A DNA stretch of 64,000 bases from an uncultured Oleiphilus sp. (GCA_963974595.1 CAXBDA010000001.1:39657-103656); one strand, 5' to 3'; counted from the stretch's first letter, positions 40,008 to 48,898 are shown. Notes: generated by a model from the letters alone, not told the origin. Program-made: numbers and translations.

Positions 40008-40189
40008 TATTCTTCATCCGTATAGTTGGCCTAAGACATTAATAGAATAAAGAAAGAAGATGCGCACTAGCAATGATAAAAAGTGACTATAAAATTGATG
40101 AATTCTTGCATATAAGCTTTCACCTTCTTATGGCACATCAATATTTAAAAAGCATCACTTCAATATTTAAAAAACAGCACCTCAATAGC

Positions 40190-40220
40190 AAAAAAGCCGA
40201 TGATCACGAAGATCATCAGC
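40190..40220 (-). terminator. rho-independent terminator after the sensor kinase gene
   Basis: The minus strand reads GCTGATGATCTTCGTGATCATCGGCTTTTTT. Confidence 0.65.
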
Positions 40221-40265
40221 TTTAGATTGATAATTATTATGTGATTAGCTCACATTAAAAGAAAT

Positions 40266-43200
40266 TCAGAATGTAATTGTTTCTTGATAGAAAGATTTAG
40301 GGATGCGGATATTGGTTGTAAATGATCTGAAATCATCATCTTCATTGCCAGCACTCAGTATCACTTCAATACTGCCACCTTCTTTCTCAAGGAAGCCTTT
40401 TACAGCGTCCATACCAACACCTCTTCCCGAGACATCCGTTACTTCGTCTGCTGTTGAAAAACCTGAAGAAAATATCAAGTTAGCAATTTCAGCTGCGCTT
40501 GGCTTAGGATCAGATGCTTGATAAATACCTTTTTCTATCGCCATCTTATAAATCCGGCTAATCGCAATACCGCGACCATCATCTCTTACAGCTAAATTAG
40601 CGCCTTGTTCATCGGGTGTAACATCTAAAGTGATGATACCACTTTCAGGTTTACCTTTTTCAAGACGTTCTTCTATGCCTTCAATACCATGATCCATAGC
40701 GTTTCTAAATACATGCATGAAGATATTATTCAAGGTTGAACTGGCATGGCTCTTAATCAGAATACCTGCATTATCAATTTTAACCTCTGGTTTCCCTTTA
40801 CCTAATTGCTCAGCCAAAGAGTGCGCAGACTGAATTACATCAGAAATCACCTCTTCTAAAGGCTGCGCCTCCATCGTCATAAGCATACTATAGGCCTCAG
40901 AAACAACACCTTTAACATCTTGACTCATATCAGAGCCAGTCAATGATCTAATATTTTCTAACCACGTTGATACACGTGCAGGGTCAAGTGAAATACCACT
41001 TGCTGCTTCACCATCACGGCCTAATTTCTCCCTGAAGACCATAGCGTATTTCGCTAAGATTTCTTCAGCCCCAGAAAGCTCTGCTAACAATGACTCTTGA
41101 TTCCACTGAACATCTTCATTCTTACGTAAATCATCATAAGTACTCTCAACTTCATGAACAATATCGGTAACCTGGCTCAAACCGTAAGTACGCGCATTAC
41201 CTTTTACGGTATGCATAGATCTAAACAAGTTAGCAATAATATCTAAATCTTTCGTTGCATTGGCTTCGATTAGTTGGCGGCATTCTGCCAAGAACTCTTC
41301 AGCTGAACTTAAGAAGTCACTAAATTTAGCAGCATCAACAGCGAGTATTTCACCAATAATGGCCAATTCACGCTTCTGACCTTCAGCTTCGGCTTCAAGC
41401 GCTTTCAACTCGGTAACATCTCTTACTGTTACCATTAACTTATCAACCTCACCAGACTCACTAATAATTGGATCCCAATCCAGCTCTAGAATCTTTTCAC
41501 GATCATCTTCCATTTTGATGACCATCTCTGTCATCAAACAATGAGAGTTAAAGTCATACATCATTTCATCTTCACCAACAATCGCATCAACGCCCGTGAT
41601 ATTTTGATCGACAGAATCAGAACCCGCCGTTGTATTACTAAATAACAAGTCTGCAAAGTTTCGATCGGCAATACGATCTGTTTCGAATATTTTCTCTAGG
41701 TATGAAGCATACTCAGGGTGAATTAGGCCACCGGCAGTAATGGTAAATAAACCTTGGTGCATATTCGCCATCATATTGGCGATATCGTTATTCTTCTGTC
41801 TTAACTCAGCCGTTCTCTCTTCGACTTTCGCTTCAAGGTTTCTGTTTTGCTCTTCAATCACTTCACGCATACGTATGCTTTTGATCGTAGTCACTAGAGA
41901 ACGGGCAACCGAAGAAACAAACTCATAATCACTATCGGCAAAACTGACGTTCTTAACGTCTCCCGATAAGTTAATCACGCCCACTAGAATATCTTTATCG
42001 ACAAGAGGCACACATAATAGAGCCCTTTCCGAACCGGCATCATTTGATACAAAGTTTTTATCTTTAGAAGTATTTTGTACAAAGATAATTTTCTTCGTTT
42101 CAGCCGCTTTACCTAATATGCCCTGGCCCATTTCAAATTTGGCAGCAGAAGATCCAGCGTCAATTGCTTTCGGTGGAAAGTGTGCCTTGACTTCCAACTG
42201 TGATTTATCATTGGTTAAATAAACTGAGCCTTGAGCGACACCTATTTTGTCATGCATACTTTGTAAAACTTCTTCTAACGCAGTATTTTGGCTTTGCGCA
42301 CCAGCAAGTGAACGACCTATAGAGTTTAATTTTGCCAAATCGATCATTTTCTTACGTATTGCCAATCTCATAGAATTAAAGTTTTGAGCGGCTAACAAGA
42401 TAAGTACAATCAACATGACAATTGATAGTTTGATACCGAAATCAAGGCTATCAGACACTTTGCCTTGTAATTGGTTAAACTGCTCATCGGCTGCTTTCAA
42501 TAGCTTGTCTAAAGAATCAATTGCTTTGGTAACAGATGCATCTGCTTCATCTAATTTGGCCTTAGCAACCTCTATTTTCTCTAATTGCTTCAACTTATGA
42601 TCAGCAATTGAGGGTGACTTCATGACATGTTCACTGAGATCTGCATATGCTGTATTAGCGATTGGTACCAAACCTTGTTCATCAAATTCAGAAAATACCA
42701 TAGCGCCCTTATCAAACCAGGACTTAGAGTCGTTAATCGAGAATGTAAAATTACCCATACCACCACTGACTAGGCCCATATCCTGAGTAATTTTAATTTC
42801 ATCAATGGTTTTAAATAAGTTATTGATTAAAGTAATTGATTGATTAGCAAAGCCGATAACCAGTTCCATATCATCCTGGTGCTCTTCAGGCGCCATGTAA
42901 TACTGTATTTCATCTATCGATGCACCCACGCCATCAATAAGGTTAAACAGGATATCCACCTCGCCTAACATTCTGTTTCTAGCCGCCAACACTTCGGTTT
43001 TGGCTGTAAACATGTCGATCACGGCTTCACGATAGTCATCGTAATTTTCCTTTACTTCTTTTACGAGAACAGACTTCTCTGCATCTTTCTGAGCAAGTAA
43101 AGCAAGGCTTTGATAACGCTCTTCGAATCGTGAAACACCCGAATTAAAAGACGTTTTATAAGCATCAATCTGATCTTGGTTTCCGGCATTGAATGCAAGT

Positions 43201-43403
43201 GAACTCAGTTTCGCCAGTTTTAGCAGCTGGATCTGTACATCATTACTTTCTTTCACTACCGGCACAGCCGTTTCATTCACTAGAGAAGAAGAACCATTTA
43301 TATCATTAAGATTCCACAGGGATGAAAGCCCTGACGTTAATAGAAGCAGGATAATAATGGCAAAACCAAGACCAACTTTTTGATTAAACGATAATTGAAA
43401 CAT
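40266..43403 (-). CDS. membrane sensor kinase: MCP-like periplasmic helical domain, GAF, PAS, Hpt and CheA-type (P4) catalytic domain
   Basis: 1045 aa. TM1 is about aa 10-30. A ~290-aa helical periplasmic region follows, then TM2 at about aa 324-340. A GAF-like region spans ~375-510 and a PAS-like region ~540-665. The Hpt motif is FRSMHTVKGNARTYG (His731). The CheA-like ATP-binding core reads HVFRNAMDHGIE ... VRDDGRGI ... GFSTADEVTDVSGRGVGMDAVK. No P2 or P5/CheW-like domain and no receiver. Confidence 0.8.
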   Translation of the reverse strand: MFQLSFNQKVGLGFAIIILLLLTSGLSSLWNLNDINGSSSLVNETAVPVVKESNDVQIQLLKLAKLSSLAFNAGNQDQIDAYKTSFNSGVSRFEERYQSLALLAQKDAEKSVLVKEVKENYDDYREAVIDMFTAKTEVLAARNRMLGEVDILFNLIDGVGASIDEIQYYMAPEEHQDDMELVIGFANQSITLINNLFKTIDEIKITQDMGLVSGGMGNFTFSINDSKSWFDKGAMVFSEFDEQGLVPIANTAYADLSEHVMKSPSIADHKLKQLEKIEVAKAKLDEADASVTKAIDSLDKLLKAADEQFNQLQGKVSDSLDFGIKLSIVMLIVLILLAAQNFNSMRLAIRKKMIDLAKLNSIGRSLAGAQSQNTALEEVLQSMHDKIGVAQGSVYLTNDKSQLEVKAHFPPKAIDAGSSAAKFEMGQGILGKAAETKKIIFVQNTSKDKNFVSNDAGSERALLCVPLVDKDILVGVINLSGDVKNVSFADSDYEFVSSVARSLVTTIKSIRMREVIEEQNRNLEAKVEERTAELRQKNNDIANMMANMHQGLFTITAGGLIHPEYASYLEKIFETDRIADRNFADLLFSNTTAGSDSVDQNITGVDAIVGEDEMMYDFNSHCLMTEMVIKMEDDREKILELDWDPIISESGEVDKLMVTVRDVTELKALEAEAEGQKRELAIIGEILAVDAAKFSDFLSSAEEFLAECRQLIEANATKDLDIIANLFRSMHTVKGNARTYGLSQVTDIVHEVESTYDDLRKNEDVQWNQESLLAELSGAEEILAKYAMVFREKLGRDGEAASGISLDPARVSTWLENIRSLTGSDMSQDVKGVVSEAYSMLMTMEAQPLEEVISDVIQSAHSLAEQLGKGKPEVKIDNAGILIKSHASSTLNNIFMHVFRNAMDHGIEGIEERLEKGKPESGIITLDVTPDEQGANLAVRDDGRGIAISRIYKMAIEKGIYQASDPKPSAAEIANLIFSSGFSTADEVTDVSGRGVGMDAVKGFLEKEGGSIEVILSAGNEDDDFRSFTTNIRIPKSFYQETITF

Positions 43404-43570
43404 AGTTATATTCTTTTTTATTTAAATTCCAGTGGATTACGTATTACATTTTACTTTAGCGCAGTTTTTTTGAATGTCATGATTTCTTTTAATTTTTTCA
43501 GCAACTTTTCAATATACTGCTAATATAATTTTTAAGCCTTTCATTTAAAGTGGATTGAGAAATACCAATC

Positions 43571-44335
43571 ATGACCAATAAACTCATTCTTTTTTCTGTT
43601 GCCGCATTTGCTATAGGTGCCATTTTGGTTTTTCAATTAAGCCGAAAACACTTTTCGATAAAAATGCAGCTATTAACAGAACAAAACACATCTTTGGAGG
43701 CTGAGCTATCTAAGACTCAGCAAGAACTCAAGACTGAAAAATATAATTTAGACGAAGCTAACACCTCTCTAGAAGCAGCTAATCATGAGAATCATTCTCT
43801 CAACTCGGAAATAGATGCGCTAAGAGACCAATTAAGACACGAAAAAGAATCGATTCAAAATGAAATGCAAGCCGAACTCGACTCTCTTCGTAATAGCAAT
43901 CAGGCAGAAAAAGTCGAGCTAAACGACAAGTTATCGCAAGTAAAAGATAACCTTAATGACCTCGCAGCCTTGTTAGTGACCTTCGAGCGCTGGCATGAAA
44001 GCTTGACACAACTCATGCTTCATAACGCAGAAATGCACAAGCAAAATCAGGAGTTTTTCAATATCGTTAAACAGATTGTCATTCTTGCACTTAACGCTGC
44101 GATAGAAGCCGCTCGTGCCGGTGAACATGGTAGAGGCTTTGCTGTCGTTGCTGACGAGGTTCGAAATTTAGCCATGAGAAGCCAGGAACTTTCTGAGAGT
44201 TATAAGGAAAATCTTAATAAAAACGACTTCTTGACAACGGCAACATTCCAAGACATTCAGGCTGGCGGCAAAATGATTTTGACCGATGTATTCTCTACCT
44301 CTGAAATCGTTAAAAGCATGCTTGAGAAACTATAA
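43571..44335 (+). CDS. miniature MCP-like protein (TM anchor, coiled coil, MCP hairpin-tip segment)
   Basis: 254 aa with an N-terminal TM segment ([17 protein letters not shown]) and a coiled coil. The highly conserved MCP tip [30 protein letters not shown] (aa ~171-203) has only ~50 aa after it. Confidence 0.75.
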   Translation: MTNKLILFSVAAFAIGAILVFQLSRKHFSIKMQLLTEQNTSLEAELSKTQQELKTEKYNLDEANTSLEAANHENHSLNSEIDALRDQLRHEKESIQNEMQAELDSLRNSNQAEKVELNDKLSQVKDNLNDLAALLVTFERWHESLTQLMLHNAEMHKQNQEFFNIVKQIVILALNAAIEAARAGEHGRGFAVVADEVRNLAMRSQELSESYKENLNKNDFLTTATFQDIQAGGKMILTDVFSTSEIVKSMLEKL

Positions 44336-44384
44336 GGAAACATCACATGCAAAACTTTTCTTTCAAGTATTTAATAGGTTAGCC

Positions 44385-44951
44385 ATGTTAGTTAATGATG
44401 AATTCAAAAATGAAATCAAGAAAGCATTTCATAGCAGTTTTGAAGAAGCCTTTGTAGCTGGCTCAGATACATCACGCTGGCAATTTAAAGAGAAATCAAC
44501 ACTAGAAAATCTAGATACCAAAGAGTTCTATGTCTTAACGATGTCTTCACAGCTTTTCAGAATCTTTATATTTCTACATTTTTCAAAAAATGATGACACG
44601 GAAAAGTTTGTGAGCAGCGTATTGAATTTAACATCTGCCAAGCTGGATGAAGATAAGTTTTATGACTATTTAGGCGAAGTCGGTAACGCCTTTTTAGGGT
44701 CAATTAAGCGCGATTTAGGTAAACACATACCAAGCCTTGGCATGTCTACACCAAATAGACTAAGTATTGACTGCCTAAAGTATATGAAAAACCTTAATTC
44801 AAATTTTGAATCACACGCCATTTCAACGTTTGATGACAAAGTACTATTTTACTCTAGTGTCTATTTAGTTGCAGATGAAGAACTAAATATACATATAGAT
44901 CGTCATTCTCTCGAAAATGAAGTTGACTCTGGTGAACTTGAGCTATTCTAA
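44385..44951 (+). CDS. CheX-like protein (putative CheY-P phosphatase) with C-terminal DSGELELF tail
   Basis: It contains DYLGEVGNAFLGSIKRDLGKHIPSLGMSTP, which fits the CheC/CheX/FliY signature D-x3-E-x2-N-x21/22-P. About 188 aa from MLVNDEF. The ORF is open from 44286 (221 aa), which would overlap the upstream gene. Confidence 0.6.
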   Translation: MLVNDEFKNEIKKAFHSSFEEAFVAGSDTSRWQFKEKSTLENLDTKEFYVLTMSSQLFRIFIFLHFSKNDDTEKFVSSVLNLTSAKLDEDKFYDYLGEVGNAFLGSIKRDLGKHIPSLGMSTPNRLSIDCLKYMKNLNSNFESHAISTFDDKVLFYSSVYLVADEELNIHIDRHSLENEVDSGELELF

Positions 44952-44994
44952 ACTGATAAATACAAGTTTATAAGAATTTAAAACAGGAGCAAAA

Positions 44995-46002
44995 ATGTCT
45001 GATACAACACATATAGTTAGCAAAATTCTGGTGCATGAATGCAATGATGATGCACTTCTTGCATTAAAAGATGTCTGCACCGAACATAAACTTGTCGGCT
45101 TAAAAGTTAGTACGGGTAAGCATAATATTGGCTTAAAAGACGCGGCAAATGAAATTAATGATGTTCTTAACTCCAATGTAGACTTGGGTGCAATTTTTCT
45201 ATCGGAAGCACCGGACCCTATTGGTTTTACAGGTAGTGAGTTATGTTTAAAGATTCATCATACGCGTCCTGAACTACCTATTTTTCTAAGAAGAACAGAA
45301 AAACAAGATGGCAGTGATCTACCTGAAGATGTTCAGAAAGCAATTACTGGCTACTACACGCTTGATAACATAGGAATACTTGATGAATTAATCAGAACGT
45401 ATGTCTGTAGCATGTATTACCCTGTTGAACTCGCGCAAGGAATACAAGAGATTTCGTTTGATGCCTTTTCAAATATCATTACCGACACTGCTATCAGCTG
45501 TGATCAGCCCTACTTAGTGAAAGACCAGATTATTTATGGTGAGCTATTTAGCCTTATCCCCCTGGAAAGTGAATGGTGCAGAGGCTATATGATGCTTCAA
45601 ACCACAGAAAGTGAGATTCTTGATTTAATTCGATCGGGTAAAACACATATCACATCCACCAGGCCTGACTCTCGCGATACCAATGCCGTATTGAATGAAA
45701 TTACAAATATGATTTGGGGTGGCATTAAATCTCGCTACTTCCAAAGTGGTGAATCACCTAGCGAAGCGCATAGAACTCAAGTCCCGATCATTGTAAACCA
45801 CTTACAAAAACACATATCGTTTGGTTCAACAGAACCTCAGCTGTGTTTTAAATATAATCTGAGCACACCAGATAATACGTTTTCTTCTATCACGATCTAT
45901 CAGCGGTTAGTGTTTAACTTAAGCTGGTCTCCTGAAAAATTCGCAGAAAGTGACAAGGCAGTAGATGATTTTGTAGATAGCGGTGAACTTGAATTATTCT
46001 AA
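44995..46002 (+). CDS. degenerate receiver-like domain fused to CheX-like domain, C-terminal DSGELELF tail
   Basis: 335 aa. The N-terminal ~125 aa have REC-like strand/helix periodicity (KILVHECNDD ... LGAIFLSE ... LPIFLRRT). The phospho-acceptor Asp and conserved Lys are not evident. The C-terminal half has a CheX-like NEITNMIWGGIKSR ... VPIIV segment. It ends in VDDFVDSGELELF. Confidence 0.5.
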   Translation: MSDTTHIVSKILVHECNDDALLALKDVCTEHKLVGLKVSTGKHNIGLKDAANEINDVLNSNVDLGAIFLSEAPDPIGFTGSELCLKIHHTRPELPIFLRRTEKQDGSDLPEDVQKAITGYYTLDNIGILDELIRTYVCSMYYPVELAQGIQEISFDAFSNIITDTAISCDQPYLVKDQIIYGELFSLIPLESEWCRGYMMLQTTESEILDLIRSGKTHITSTRPDSRDTNAVLNEITNMIWGGIKSRYFQSGESPSEAHRTQVPIIVNHLQKHISFGSTEPQLCFKYNLSTPDNTFSSITIYQRLVFNLSWSPEKFAESDKAVDDFVDSGELELF

Positions 46003-46077
46003 AGTGTATCTACGCTTATGCTATAAACTTTATTTTTATAATTAGTCCGTCTTTAGTAAGACAACGAGGTAAGCAAA

Positions 46078-46446
46078 ATGGCACAAATCTTAGTAGTTGA
46101 TGATTCAGCAACTGTAAGAAACGAAGTAAGTTCTTTCATCAAAAGTCACGGCATGACTGTCGAAGTCGCTGTAGATGGTAAAGATGGCTTGGATAAATTA
46201 AAAAAAGACCCAAGCGTTAAGCTAATCATATCAGACGTAAACATGCCAAATATGGATGGTTTAACCATGGTCGAGAAAGTTCGAAACGAACTTGGAAACG
46301 CTACCGTTAATATTATTATGCTAACAACTGAAAGTGACCCGCGCATGAAAGAGCGCGGAAAAGCAGCAGGCGTGAAAGGCTGGATAGTTAAGCCTTTCAA
46401 AGGCGACAATGTGGTTGGCAGTATTAAAAAGTTAATTGGTGCTTAA
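46078..46446 (+). CDS. single-domain CheY-like response regulator
   Basis: 122 aa with all canonical REC residues: DD (VVDDS), phospho-Asp (ISDVNMPNMDG), T (MLTTE) and K (VKPF). Confidence 0.92.
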   Translation: MAQILVVDDSATVRNEVSSFIKSHGMTVEVAVDGKDGLDKLKKDPSVKLIISDVNMPNMDGLTMVEKVRNELGNATVNIIMLTTESDPRMKERGKAAGVKGWIVKPFKGDNVVGSIKKLIGA

Positions 46447-46463
46447 TTCTTTTATTTCGATTT

Positions 46464-46506
46464 AAAAAAGGCGGGGGAATATAAATTTAACCCGCCTTTT
46501 TTTTAT
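46464..46506. terminator. bidirectional rho-independent terminator between convergent genes
   Basis: AAAAAAGGCGGG ... CCCGCCTTTTTTTT, with an A run on one side and a T run on the other. Confidence 0.75.
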
Positions 46507-46532
46507 TGCCACCATAACGGGGCAATAAAAAA

Positions 46533-47834
46533 CTAAGATCTTTGCTCTGGCTCCTTCATTCTTAGAGCAATAAATGCAGCAATGGCTAATAGCGTTCCAG
46601 CAATTATAAAAGACCAAACATAACTCCCCGTATTCGCGACAATCATCCCCGATAAGCGCGTCATAACGAAGCCACCTAAGCCCCATGAAGTAAATAGCAA
46701 GCCATAGTTCAAACCGAGAGACTTCAAGCCCCACCAACTTTTGCAAAATGCCGGAAATAAAGCCAAATTCGTTCCATAATTAAAACCAATAAATGTAGCT
46801 GACAGTATGATGAAGAAAGCCATCGCACCGTCACTAGAGACCACAAATATTGCCAAAAACATATTCAGTGACTGCAAAGCGAGAAAGATAGCCAACGCCA
46901 CACTCCTGCCCATTGCATCTGAAACAACTCCGGCGATAATTCTTCCTGATGCGTTCCCCACTGCCATAATTGCCACAGCAATAAATGCAGCATCGCCCAT
47001 GCTCTGCTTGGCCATCCCGGCCAAACTTCCAATCACCATCAAACCTGCACCCGCACTAATAAAATACAGCCCCCATAACTTCCAAAAAGACACCATTTTG
47101 ATAATTTCAGATGCCTTCCTGTCAATAGCGGTCTTTGCTGCTAAAGGTTCTAGGTTTGATGTACCCTTTTGCTCGGATATTTTTCGGTCTTCTTTTACAT
47201 CTTCCTGCTTCACATCGACAGGCACATAGCCCTCGGGAGGATTTTTCAGAAACTGAGACAAGATACTTACAGAAACAAAAAAAGCGCCTGCAAAGAACAT
47301 CATAGTGCTTTGTAATCCCCATAAGCCGACTAAATAGGAAGCAAGTGGGGCAATATAAACCGGAGCTAAACCAAAACCGGCAACAACCAAACCAGCTATC
47401 ATGCCTGTCTGCCCACCAGGAAACCACTTAAGTGCGGGCGGTGTTGCCGAGGCATAACCGAAACCTATACCCGCCCCGGTTAACACACCAAACCCTATTA
47501 CCCATGCCATATAGCTAGTACTTTGAGAGATAACGAGTAATCCGCTACCGACCAGAACACCACCGATCATGGCCGTTATTTTTGGTCCGATCATGTCTTG
47601 GCATTTGCCTGCAAGAATCATAGTAAAGGCAAATACCAAACAAGCAACAGCATAAGGGTCACCGACTGAAGCCCGTTCCCAATCGAAGCCTCCAGCCTCC
47701 CCAGCTTCAATAGACTCAACGATCTTAGCCTGAAAAATACTCCATGTATAAAGTACTCCCAGCGCCAAATTGATACCAGTACCTGCAAAGGTCACCTTCC
47801 AGCCTGGGTTCTTTAATACTGCTGACATATCCAA
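46533..47834 (-). CDS. MFS transporter (oxalate/formate antiporter-like family)
   Basis: 433 aa with about 12 TM segments and a central hydrophilic loop. The N-terminal WKVTFAGTGINLALGVLYTWSIF is typical of the OFA subfamily. Confidence 0.8.
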   Translation of the reverse strand: MDMSAVLKNPGWKVTFAGTGINLALGVLYTWSIFQAKIVESIEAGEAGGFDWERASVGDPYAVACLVFAFTMILAGKCQDMIGPKITAMIGGVLVGSGLLVISQSTSYMAWVIGFGVLTGAGIGFGYASATPPALKWFPGGQTGMIAGLVVAGFGLAPVYIAPLASYLVGLWGLQSTMMFFAGAFFVSVSILSQFLKNPPEGYVPVDVKQEDVKEDRKISEQKGTSNLEPLAAKTAIDRKASEIIKMVSFWKLWGLYFISAGAGLMVIGSLAGMAKQSMGDAAFIAVAIMAVGNASGRIIAGVVSDAMGRSVALAIFLALQSLNMFLAIFVVSSDGAMAFFIILSATFIGFNYGTNLALFPAFCKSWWGLKSLGLNYGLLFTSWGLGGFVMTRLSGMIVANTGSYVWSFIIAGTLLAIAAFIALRMKEPEQRS

Positions 47835-48117
47835 TCCTTATCTCAACGACAAATGAAGAAATCCTATTTAAGGGAAATAAATTAATATAGCTGTACCACT
47901 ATAATGCAGACTTAAGTAAGGCAATTGACAAAAATCAAAAGAAATATAAAAAATCAAATAAAAGCGTTAAATAAAGGCCTTGGTGCAAGCTTTCTTTGTC
48001 CATGTAAACCATAAAAGGCCCGTTAAAGGCTGTATTGAAATCGGCATTATTTTTAAGCGTTTTATTAGACGATAGACAGCGCATAACATGAGACCTTTGC
48101 AGCTTAAACCACTCTAG

Positions 48118-48732
48118 CTATTGTTTAATTGCCAGATTCAAAGCCTGCTCAGAAAGCTCATCCAAGCTCATCCCACCTTTTGGCTTGTACCAGGTTTTTG
48201 ACCAACTTAAGGCTCCCGTCAAAAACCGCCTTAATACAAAAACATCGCCCGTCACTAAACCATTTTCTTTTGCTTCGGTAATCGTATCTATCCAAAGAGA
48301 TTCATATTCATCTCTAAGTTTTAATATCATCGCCTGATTATCTGTATTTAAGCTACGCCACTCGTAAACCAGAACCGACATCGCCTCACCTGTCTCACCA
48401 TTAATTGACTCAAGTTCACAGCGAATCAAAGCCTTTAATGCATCAACGCACGTTTCAGCTTTGGCCATTTCTTTTTTCATACGCTGGGTATTGAAAATTA
48501 TGGTGTCGACCATGACAGACTTCAAAATATCTTCTTTGGTTTTAAAGTGATGAAAAAGGCTGCCCGACTGAATTCCAGCGGCATTTGCCAAGTCGCGAAC
48601 GGTTGTTCGTTCATAACCTTTTTGGTTGAACAACTTAGCGGCAATAATCAGTAAACGCCCTTTTGCACTATTTGGATCTGTTGCTTCAATTTCTGAATTT
48701 TCTAATTTTTCAACATTACTTGCAGATGCCAA
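48118..48732 (-). CDS. atuR: TetR-family repressor, AtuR-like (divergent from atuA)
   Basis: 204 aa with the TetR HTH AAKLFNQKGYERTTVRDLANAAGIQSGSLFHHFKTKEDIL. Its position and orientation match atuR in the Pseudomonas atu cluster. Confidence 0.75.
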   Translation of the reverse strand: MASASNVEKLENSEIEATDPNSAKGRLLIIAAKLFNQKGYERTTVRDLANAAGIQSGSLFHHFKTKEDILKSVMVDTIIFNTQRMKKEMAKAETCVDALKALIRCELESINGETGEAMSVLVYEWRSLNTDNQAMILKLRDEYESLWIDTITEAKENGLVTGDVFVLRRFLTGALSWSKTWYKPKGGMSLDELSEQALNLAIKQ

Positions 48733-48775
48733 ACTGATCTCCTAACACTCATTCACAACGTAAGAAAACAATGTA

Positions 48776-48848
48776 GGCCCCTGAGTTTGTAGAAGGGCCA
48801 AATTGAACTTTAGGGTAACATCGCATACGTTTCGACGAGCTCAACGAA
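48776..48848 (-). repeat. intergenic hairpin repeat, copy A (inverted orientation, lacks the 3' CTCAGGGACC duplication)
   Basis: The reverse complement reads CGTTGAGCTCGTCGAAACGTATGCGATG...TTTGGCCCTTCTACAAACTCAGGGGCC, which aligns with copies B and C. Confidence 0.75.
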
Positions 48849-48898
48849 CGAGATTTTTTTTCTATGTTCATAATAATAGTAAACTGACCACTTTACAA

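Noticed and set aside
40130-40200. Short direct repeats considered as a possible CRISPR-like array
   Set aside because: There are only three imperfect AT-rich units without spacers of defined length, and no cas genes. No CRISPR array is present anywhere in the window.
46462-46746. 94-aa minus-strand ORF overlapping the MFS transporter 3' end
   Set aside because: It is out of frame with the 433-aa MFS ORF and spans the bidirectional terminator.
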